Assembly: GCA_000934665.2 (NCBI GenBank)
Contig: JYFJ02003897.1
Coordinates: 1-36,732 of the forward strand
Reading direction: 5' to 3'
DNA from: Catajapyx aquilonaris
Lineage: Eukaryota
Length of the DNA: 36,732 bases
Positions 1 to 9,575 of this stretch are shown one piece after another; position 1 is the first letter of the stretch; every line of letters starts with the position of its first letter. Both the position numbers and the translations under genes were made by a program. The notes beneath the pieces were generated by a model. That model worked only from the letters and a program-made list of their open reading frames with translations, did not search any database and was not told the DNA's origin.

Positions 1-89
1 TTTCTTTGCACCATTGATAAGAGGACACAAAACTGCGTAACATATGTTTTTTTCATAAAATTCTCATTGAGTGACTCTAGCTTCATTTC

Positions 90-364
90 CACCTTAAGGA
101 TTAGATAAAACACGCCGCGAGAAACATTTCCCTGGACATGCTGGAGCGCGTTATGATGGGTTTCGTCCGGAATTTGGAGGAATATGTGTTGCCCGCAAAG
201 CTGGACATCTATCCAGTGTTGTTTTCAAGAAGTGACTTTTTTGGACCTTGATCCATAAATGGCACATCTTTCTCTGTGTAGTGTAATTTTATAAAAATAT
301 AATCGTTCGTCACTTACGCCATGCTGTGTCGTTTAAACCAGCCCATGACTTTTGCCCCACCCTG
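90..364 (+). mobile_element. 3' end relic of a Tc1/mariner-superfamily (rosa/maT-like) DNA transposon
   Basis: 90-235 translates, with one stop and one frameshift, to HLKD*IKHAARNISLDMLERVMMGFVRNLEE/CVARKAGHLSSVVFKK*, which resembles the C-terminal tail of Tc1/mariner transposases. The region ends in TTGCCCCACCCTG|TA (reverse complement TA|CAGGGTGGGGCAA), a typical terminus with a TA target. Confidence 0.6.
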
Positions 365-469
365 TATTTGGCGTCCTGGTCACTCCCCAAAACATACACT
401 GCCGACCCTGTGATGCAACTTTTTCCCCAACATTTCAATACAGGTTCAATACTAGCCTGGGAACCACAT

Positions 470-628
470 GATGTATTCGTTGTACTGAAAATTTCGTAGT
501 AATGCATTTCTTAATAACGGGATTACAAATACATTGCTCTTATGGCTGGCTGACCAAAATTTAAATTTTGTTTCGTTCTATTGAAATTTCGTTGTATTGG
601 TATTTGTTAACTCGAGATTTGATCTGTA
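470..628. mobile_element. Right end of a pogo/Tigger-like non-autonomous element
   Basis: Two degenerate copies of TTCGTT.TA.TGAAA.TTTCGT.GTA.TG, ending in CTCGAGATTTGATCTG|TA. I found no matching left end. Confidence 0.35.
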
Positions 629-1987
629 TAATATTGGTAGCAGGTGATGACCAAAGCCAGGGTTTCATTTCCAGATGAGAACACATACGGATCCCTCACC
701 CAGTCTTGCCCTCCTCTTACAGCACTTGTGAGTGCCTGATTGGCCATGCCTTTTGTGCTACCCATCTCTTTCTATGCAGTGTACAGTAGCACATCACTAC
801 GTCCAAACCATTTTTGTCCCAAGACATTTCATCTTGAAAAAGATACTCGTATATCAGATATAGGGTCTCAGAAAAGGTGCATTGGATGAGTACGCCATTG
901 GATGGAATGTTCTATTCGTAAAATTTCATAAGGCATTTTTTTTTTTTCCTCGATCTGGTTGAGTAACACCTTCTATCCCCAGTCAGATAGTCCTGCCAAA
1001 ATGCCAAGTGGTATGCCTTCAGTACTTAAATTTTCATATGTTGGCTACCAGTGGAAGTCCAGCACAAGGTTGTAGTCGCAGAACTAGCAATTGCTGAGAA
1101 ATTGTCTATGGTGAAATGAAACCAATGTCCTGGGAGAATCCAGAACTACACACATTTTCCCCTTTACCATGCAAACATTCAACAATGTGCACTGAGCATT
1201 GGCAACATACAAACAAAATTATTCTACATTAGATAAAACAGCAATAATGCCACCATGTTATTTATCCTCAGCCACATTGCATCCTTCCAGCAAGTTTCTT
1301 AGCAAGCCAGATATTGTACAATTCCATCTCTTCCAGCTAGAAAGAGATGGTTGTGTCAGAAGGCATGGCAAGTCAGGCACTTGTTTGGAAATTCTGGTAG
1401 AAGTAATGGTCAGTCGTCAATGCAGCATTACCTGGATATGCAAGCAACAAATTTCTTACATTTGTCATACATTTTCATTACAATTTGACTTATGTGACTG
1501 GAGTGCAACACCAGCACTATTTATTTCCTCTTGTTCATAAAATTTACATTTTTGGCTTTGAGCATGTTGGCAGGCTTCAGCTCACTGCAACTTGTAAATA
1601 CACAACATAATAATTAAACAAATACTCTCCTGCCTCTTCTTTTTGATTCACTAGGTAACAAAAGTAATGTTCCTTAGGGACTTACATAAATGAATCCCAA
1701 TCCAGCAAGAAAGGGCTTGACAGGATATTATCAAGATCTTTAAATGACTGGATTGCATCACATATAAAATAAATAAGAAATGGCGCTTCTTCCTATTAAT
1801 TAATACCGGTATGACATTATAATTATCTTTACAAAAGATCCTTGAAGTTTTAACTTACTGGAACTTTTTAAAATTATAAATCATATTCAAAATAATATTA
1901 TGACAGGCACTCTGCATATCATGACATGCATATACTTCAACCTTTATCAGCTACTGACAGAGTAAGAGATTCCCCCTTCTCTCTGAC

Positions 1988-3353
1988 CTGGTCTAGTTCT
2001 TCCCTCAAATGATTATCCTGCTCCTGTAAGGTCTCCAGTTTCTGCAATAAGGCTGCATTTTCCTTCCGAGCTTCTTGCAGCAACCTCATTACATTTTGGG
2101 AGGCACCTCCTTTAAATCTTGTCTGGCTTGTCTTTGGGCCCATTGGGAGGCTAAGAGAACTCCTGTTCAGGGATGAAGTTGAAGAAGCTGTTCTCGGCCT
2201 GCCTGGTGTATTCATTTCCTGCTTGGCCACCAGCTGCTGCTGCAGAACACCTACACGGTCGTGTAGCAGGCGATTTTCTCGTTCATACTCACAAATTCGT
2301 TGCTGCATATCTTCAAAGGCGATCTCATGCTCAGGATTACTGGGGGCATTGTGTTGCTGCCTGTCCTTCCTCTGGTCATTCAAGAGTCGGACCAGCTTTC
2401 CTGCCAATCTTTGTACATGTCATGGAAAGATAGCATATCAAGTGAAATTTTCATGGATCTGTCAATAGACAACACTACAGTATAATGAACCTCATGGCAT
2501 GAGAATAGATCCTGATGTAAGAAACAAACACGTCTATCTTTGTAACTGTCTCATTAACATGCTTGGAGCCATTTTAAATAGCCTACTCTGAAAAAATGTT
2601 GAAAAAGAGTTGTGGCAATAGGGTTTGTCAGACAAAATAAGGTTCCATTGCAGATTAAAAGGTTATCTTCTCAGCAGGTGCATGACTAAGCAAGTAATTA
2701 TTCAATTATTGTCATGATGAGTAAATTGCGATGAAATTTTTTACGCAATGATATTGCAGCATGAAAGTTGTGCTCTGGCATGCAATAAAATACTGATTAG
2801 TCACAATTTCCACTGATAATATATTAAAGGGATGAGTGCAAAAACCAGATCTGTCCACCTTTGGCCGAAAATGAAGTATGGGTGGACAGATCTGGTTTTG
2901 CATGAACCCCTCTTCAATTGCTGCGCACAGACATTTGATTTCAGAAATCATTGAAATGGTTCATTCCATAATATTGTCACTACCCCAATGTAGATGCAAT
3001 GCACACCACTGTCCAAATTCCTCACTTTTTAATCTTTTCCTCCTGCTTTCGCCCATGTTTCTTGATTATGCTGTGGTCTTCTAGGAGGCGAAAGTATCGG
3101 TCCTCCAGTTCTTCCCTGCTCATCTTGACCACCTGCAGCCTCTCGCGAGAGCATGTGGATTCTGGCAAAGAAAGGTGTAAAGTTCAGCACACAATTCCCA
3201 AGCTCCAGTTCCAAAAACAATACAAAAAAAGGAGTGATGAAAAGCGTCACCATCAAGAGAAATTTGCGAGACTCTCACGTCGTCCAGCGAGTATCCGGAT
3301 CCAGACACGTCCTTGACAGGGACCAGGTCCGCCCTGGGATCGTCCGACATCAT
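1988..3353 (-). CDS. RPGRIP1L: Protein fantom / RPGRIP1-like (ciliary transition-zone protein), N-terminal three exons, partial
   Basis: Exons are 3353-3251 (MMSDDPRADLVPVKD...), 3161-3026 (...KMSREELEDRYFRLLEDHSIIKKHGRKQEEKIK) and 2408-1988 (LAGKLVRLLNDQRK...EDMQQRICEYERENRLL...QQQL), joined by frame-consistent GT/AG junctions. They match the recalled RPGRIP1L N-terminus (DLPVKD...SREELEDRFLRL...KQEDKIKRMATKLIRLVND). The exon 3 donor is either CAG|GTCAGA at 1988 or the weaker AAG|GTTGAA at 1942. Downstream exons are not resolved. Confidence 0.85.
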
Positions 3354-3644
3354 CCCGGGGCTTCCCTACCTGGTTCTACAGCGATGGCGAGCGCCAGCTA
3401 ATTCCTCACACACTCAAACACGACGCCATTGTTGTTTGTTGACACCTCCCTCCCACTCGAATAATATGACGTCATTTTAATCCCCTGGCGGCTGAGCGGG
3501 CAACTACTGCTCAAAACAGACGCCATGTTTGTACTCGCACGATCACGTGACGGATCGAGTTGCAAGATGGCGGCCGATGAAAGATGGCGATGATGAGCGC
3601 CTAGGATTTTTAAATATAGAAATTGTGGCGCTGTTGATTGAGGG
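3354..3644. promoter_or_regulatory. CpG-rich bidirectional promoter / 5' UTR region between RPGRIP1L and PDPR
   Basis: 291 bp separate the divergent ATGs. The interval contains a CRE palindrome TGACGTCA (3467-3474), an E-box TCACGTGA (3543-3550), YY1-like CAAGATGGCGGC (3563-3574) and AAGATGGCG (3581-3589), and a reverse YY1-like CGCCATGTTT (3521-3530). Confidence 0.65.
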
Positions 3645-6600
3645 ATGAGTCTCACGGGATTGGTGTGTCCTCTAGTCCGCACAAGTCATGCCTGGTTAGT
3701 TGGCCTCATTTCTATTAACTACCGTACGCAATTAAAGTTGTCAAGGGCATTGTGACCTTTGCATGGCAATGGATGATGAGGACTCGCTTATTATTCTTGC
3801 AGGACCCGAACTTTGTCCGTTAGTGCTGTGCATCAGGCAGGGACGAAGCAGGAAGCGGCACTGCCAGCACAGGCACAGGTTGTGATTTGTGGCGCAGGAC
3901 TGGTTGCCAATTCTGTTGCGTACCACTTGGTCTCAGAGCATGGCTGGAAGGATGTGCTGGTGCTGGAGCAATTCAGGTCTGCATGGCACTCAGCTAAATG
4001 AAAAATATCTGTTACACATTTCAAAAGCAAAAATCATTAAAATGCACTGAACCGCATTGTCCTAAGTCTAAAGAGTGTGACTAAAGCCAATGCTAAACCA
4101 AAACTGACTCCTGGATATTTCAAAAGGACATGCGTTTTCCCCATCCTGATCAGCAAACTCAACAAATAAGCTGTAACCGTCGCCTTTTCAGAGTTGGTAG
4201 TGGTACTTCCCAGTTTGGTTCAGGCACCATTTCCCTCCTCCGCCCATTGGCTGAGAGGCAGCTGGTTAAGAAAAGTCTTCAGTTGTACTGCGCTTTGCAA
4301 CAGAAGGGTCTTGACGTAGGCCTGCAGCAATGTGGCAGCCTCACAGTGGCTCAGACCAAGGAGAGAATGATGGAGCTTCGGAGAAGTGTTGCTTTGCATC
4401 GCCCTACTGGACTGGCATGTGAGGTACAGAGTAGCCATCACTACGTGTACCACCTTCCAATTTCATCTGTCAGATAATGTAAACAGTATCACATGACAAT
4501 ATATTTGAACAGATCCTGAGTCCATTGGAAGTATACAAGCAATATCCATATATCCATACTGATGACCTGGAAGGTGCTGTTTGGGTCCCAGAAGATTCGG
4601 TGGCTGATCCTGCTTCAGTTTGTGAAGCATTGGCTCAATTAGCCAAAGAGGGAGGTAAGTCCTTAAGTCATGTTCAAATTAGGACATTAAAATATTCATC
4701 ACCTGGCACCACTTAACACTTCACCTCTTCCTGTTACATTTCACAAGTTTCGAGTGTCTCAATGTAAACATGCAGTTAGACATTATTTACTTGTGATTTT
4801 ATTAATTATATAATTTATGCACTGGAATATTACATTGTGTTTATTTTTTTCTTGCCTGGCAGGGGCAAAATACGTGGAAGGAGTTAGAGTGGATCAAGTG
4901 GTAACTAGCAATTCACGAGTAGCTTCAGTCCTGACCAGCCAGGGAACAGTCAAGTGCGAATATTTTGTAAACTGTGCAGGAATGGTTAGTATTTTTTGAT
5001 TCTAGTTTAATGTTTGATACCTAAGCATTAACTGTTGTTAATCCAGTGGGCAAGGGACTTGGGACAAAAGAGCTATCCCAGGGTCCGCATCCCAGCGCAG
5101 CCTGCAGAACAGCTCTATGTAACAGCGCAAGAATCAAAACGCTCCAGAAGGATGTTGCCCACCATTCATGATCCTGATGGTCGAATCTACATGAGGTGCT
5201 TGAATGGAGGATTTCTAATCGGGGCCCACCTGCAAGATGCCAAGCCTGCCTTTGACGGTTTGGAAGTGCCAACACAATGGAAAGGGAAACTCACTGCAGA
5301 TCCCAAAAGATTTGGTATGTAAAACATATTGAAGTAACCTCTATTCACAGTCAGCGTGACATTTCACTAAAAAGTATGACTTTCTCTTTGCAACTCCAGA
5401 TGTGTATCTGGAACATGCAAAAGTTCGTCTTCCTGAGCTGCAACAGGCCACCTTCTCACAGCCAGAAAACCGCCCAGATAATTTCACACCAGATGGACGG
5501 TGGATCATGGGTGAGACACCTGAGGTGGACAACTACTTTGTAGCTGCAGGCATGAATGGTGGGGGCTCCTCCTTACCTGGTGCAGGGGGGATAGGGGCTG
5601 CCCTGGCTGGATGGGTGTGTGATGGGGAGCCTCCCCCATCCCTAGACCTTCTTCCGTTTGACGTGCGGAGGTTCTTGGATCTCCACAACAATCGACGCTA
5701 CTTGAGGGAAAGGATAAGGGAGGTGGTGGGGAGACCAGGAAAGTTGCTGCCTCCTCTACAGGCCGAGTTCAGTTTAGCCAGAAGGGTGAGGTGCTCCCCA
5801 CTCTACAGCCAGCTTGAGGCTGCTGGAGCCGTGTTTGGAACCAGGATGGGGTTTGAGAGACCACTCTACTTTGAGCTAAGCCATCAGGGTGAGGCCAACA
5901 CTTGCGTATTTTATTAAACATCACAGCTATTTTCCACTGCAGTAGGCAATTCGAGTAATCAATAAAGGAATGTCAATTTGTGAAAAAAATTAATATTTCA
6001 TATCTACTCTTTGTTCCATTTGAGACCCTTTCACTACTTACAGTGTAAGGGAACTGAAAGTAAAATGACAAAGCCTCTTACAGGGCCACTGTTCCAAAGA
6101 GGCAAAGAGTATTAAATTTCTCCCATGACTATGACTCTGCTACAGAAGGTTTACTGTATGACTTGTCACATACAACTGCTGAAAGTGGGTCATGGAGATA
6201 TTTCCATCCTCAGCGGATGATCCTCCAGCCAAACTACCACCTGGAACATACTTCAAACCAGGCTTTTTTGATTCCCTGCAAGGAGAGCATCAGGCCTGTA
6301 GGGAAGGTGTAGGAGTTGTGGATATGTCCTCATTCACCAAGTTTGAGATCAAGGTGTGGAAAAATTGGTCTTATTTCAAGCTCATTATCATACAAAACTT
6401 GGGCCCCAATTAACCCGAATTTTTTCTTAAAGTCTGCCCGGAAGGCTGAGTCGGGAGAAGAGGTACTAATCGCATGCCATACCACTGATAACAATGAGAC
6501 GCCTCTGCTTTTTTTCTCTCGCACCATCATTTTTGCATGCTTATTGCAACGGCTCTAAAACAGAATGTATGTACATGGTTATGGGTCTTAAACATTACTA

Positions 6601-9259
6601 TGCTTATTTTTTATATAGTCTGGAGGCTTAGAAGTGGTGGACTACCTTCAGCGTCTTTGCTCCAATGATGTTAACCTTCCTGTGGGTGGGATAGTGCATA
6701 CGGGGATGCAGAATGAGAGAGGTGGCTATGAAAATGACTGTGTTCTAGTCAGGCAAGCACAAAACAGGTAGATATGCCAAACACTTCCGGCAAATGAAAA
6801 GGGGTACCTTGTATCTCTTCACTTGCAGTTACTTCATGCTGTCACCAACCAACCAACAGACTCGCATTCAAGAATGGCTTCGTCGTCACATCCCATCAGA
6901 CAAGTCTGTTGGATTGAGTGACGTCACTTCCATGTTCACAGTGCTTAATGTGATTGGTCCAAAATCAAAGGAATTACTTTCAGAGCTGTCCAACTCAGAT
7001 ATGAACCTCCATCCATTTACATACAAGGTGGGTTTTCTCATTCAGCAGGAAGCACTTGGTGTAATGCTGTGCTTCAGAATTTACTTCACATCAACATCAG
7101 TGAAAATCCTGTGGACCCTCAATTCCATCCCTCTTATTGGCTCACCTGCACATGTAGCAGTGATTTACATAAACAACTGGAAAACTCATAACAATCAAAT
7201 GGGCTTTCCAATAGTGTATACATAACTGTGAACTGAAGTGAGCATCTGAGATTATTCACTGATACATATGCATACTAAGTTCTGAAGTATGGTGTATAGA
7301 ACCAATGAGATTCGTTGGTATCTGGAATGACAGACTGTACTTTACAGAAGGTGAACCTGGGTTATGCTTCGGACGTCCTGACAATGTCATTCACGAACAC
7401 TGGGGAGCCTGGTTATTGCTTATGCATACCTTCTGAATATGCTTTGCATGTGTACAACCGCGTAATGGAGGTAAGTGATATTTTCCCTATAGTAATACTG
7501 TATTACTATCCAGGAGGTGCTGCCTGCCAGGGGTCCCCTACTCTGTGCGGCAGTGTCACGAGGTCTGGGTTGGCCGTGCCCAAGGACGGCCTTCGTCACC
7601 TGTCTCCTTATGGAATTCAATACCTTCTGCCTAGCTGCAGACAGGGTATTATCCAAGGGGGTAGTCACTCCTCAAAAAAGTGTACACCGGCTCTCTTGAG
7701 TTGCTGCTCTCCGCGGCTCTCCTCGGCTCTCCCCTAGCTCACTAGCAGGCTCACCGATGCCTCGGAGAGTCGCAGAGAGCTGAGGAGAGCCAACTACGTC
7801 ACAACCCGTGGGGTTGGTGATGTGATGTCAATATGACGTAGTTTTCCCTCAGCTCTCTTCGGCTCACCAGCGAGGGTGTACACCGGCTCTCCGAAGTGAC
7901 TACCCCCTTGGTATTATCAGTCCTAAAAGCTTAGATCTTGCGTTGATGACTTATGATGTCTGGATGATTGAACTTATGACTTATGATGGATGGTCTGATG
8001 ACTGGTGGTCTGGATGATTGGTGGTTAATGACTGAGTGATGGATAACTGGTGGCAGCCAAGTTGATGTTTTGTTTTGCATTAATTTGTTTTGTATTAATT
8101 TTCTTGTAAATGTTGAGTGAATGGGCTGTTGGGCCTCAATGGGCATGGTCGGTCCAATAAATTCCTAATAAGTATTACTGTAAAAAACGAAGCCAAGTAG
8201 ACAGACCAAGGGGGTAACTACTACTTAAATCTGGTGTGCATTTGACCACTAACACTTGCATAAATCCCCAAGTAAATCCCATAAATTCTTTTTACAATCT
8301 CATCAATCCTATAAAATGTAAATGATAAGTTGCTACCCCTTTCAGATGGCCATGTTGAGAAAATGATCATAAAACTCACCACCACTCCATGTCATGTTCC
8401 AGGTGGGTCGTGATTATGGTGTCCGCAACGTTGGCTACTTGACACTCCGTATGATGCGTATAGAAAAATTTATGCCTTTTTGGGGCGAGGAACTTGACTC
8501 AGCTACCACCCCATATGAAGTTGGGCGGGGGTGGAAGGTCAAGCTGGATGTAAGTGTTGGTTCCCTCTTTCACCATCCACAGATATAAAGTATATAATAT
8601 AACATCTTGTTCTTCACACAGAAGGAGTATTTTATAGGGAAGTTTGCACTGCAGAGGCAGAAGGAACAAGGTGTAAGCAAACGCCTGGTACACTTCACGC
8701 TCGAGGGTCACGATCACCATTCCCACCCATGGCCTTGGGGTGGAGAGCCAATCTACAGAAATGGGGAATATGTTGGAAGCACCACATCATCTGGGTGAGA
8801 ACAGTACTCTTTGCTTAGAGAGGCTGGAAGGTCTAGTTCTCTCAGGTAGGGGGAGGCAGAATAGGGGGAGAACATGATGCAAGTGGGGGATCAGATCTAC
8901 GAAGGTGAAATAATTTGTCACCTGATGGAATTGATAGATAATCTGTAACAGTGTACCTGAAAAAAATATTGCTTCAAGACATATTGCAGTTGCATTAACA
9001 GGAATTTGCCTCTAGGTTTGGCTTTACATGGGAGAAGATGGTTTGTCTGGGATTTGTGCGTCACCCAAGGCAAGGTGAATTTGTTTCACCAAACTTCATT
9101 GCCGGCAAGGACGCATCCTTTGCGATTGACATTGGTGGGACACGCTTCCCTGCCAGGCCCAGTTTGCATCCACCACCACTACCTACTGTCCACATGAATG
9201 CAACACAGAAGGGGTACCAACCAAAGGTCCGAGCTTCAGTTCTGCAGGCTAAAGAGTGA
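3645..9259 (+). CDS. PDPR: Pyruvate dehydrogenase phosphatase regulatory subunit, mitochondrial (DMGDH/SARDH-like flavoprotein with GcvT domain), 14 exons, ~883 aa
   Basis: Exons: 3645-3694, 3803-3976, 4192-4423, 4513-4654, 4863-4984, 5047-5314, 5400-5888, 6214-6353, 6619-6767, 6829-7027, 7348-7470, 8403-8549, 8622-8794, 9016-9259 (2652 nt, all GT-AG, frame continuous). Motifs include LPAQAQVVICGAG...SVAYHL, CEYFVNCAG, FTPDGRWIMGE, GFERPLYF, DMSSFTKFEI, HTGMQNERGGYENDC, LRMMRIEKF and WPWGGEPIYRNG. The N-terminus resembles a mitochondrial presequence. The covalent-flavin His motif of DMGDH/SARDH is absent, which favours PDPR. Confidence 0.93.
7654..7910. mobile_element. Intact 257-bp MITE, hAT- or P-like, in PDPR intron 11
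   Basis: Perfect 16-bp TIR CAAGGGGGTAGTCACT / AGTGACTACCCCCTTG, flanked by a perfect 8-bp target-site duplication GTATTATC (7646-7653 and 7911-7918). Internal repeats of GGCTCTC/GGCTCAC and GTGTACACCGGCTCTC. Confidence 0.85.
7943..8052. repeat. Degenerate GATGA/GATGG-rich minisatellite-like tract
   Basis: Repeated units such as GATGACTTATGATG and TCTGGATGATTG. Confidence 0.5.
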
Positions 9260-9415
9260 AGAAATCAACTGGTGAATTTGGTCATTATTTGTCCAGGTGT
9301 TTAAAAAAGTACAGTTGTTGGGCTCTTAAGAGATATTGTAATGTAGTACACATATTTCATGACTACTGTTGTTATGTTTTGTTGCTTCTGTTTATACCTG
9401 CACTGAGTTGACATA

Positions 9416-9421
9416 AATAAA
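9416..9421 (+). terminator. Candidate polyadenylation signal of PDPR
   Basis: AATAAA ~157 nt after the stop, followed by T/GT-rich sequence. A second AATAAA lies at 9544-9549. Confidence 0.5.
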
Positions 9422-9575
9422 GTATCTTGTTACTATTTGTTGAAAAAGTGTTTTAAGTTCTCTCCCAAAATCTTGTTCACACAGTAATCTTTCCATACAA
9501 AACAATGACAATAGCTCAAAAACAATTTTTTTCCTTGAAAGTCAATAAAGCTTGTGACATGTGCTCACTTCTTTT

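Noticed and set aside
3278..3279. GAC|GTGAGA as the RPGRIP1L exon 1 donor
   Set aside because: It is phase 0 and would read into a stop in exon 2. The phase-1 donor at 3251/3250 keeps the homologous frame.
3645..9259. Calling the flavoprotein gene sarcosine or dimethylglycine dehydrogenase
   Set aside because: It lacks the TWHxAG covalent-flavin His, and the DMSSFTKFEI, GGYENDC and CEYFVNCAG motifs fit PDPR better.
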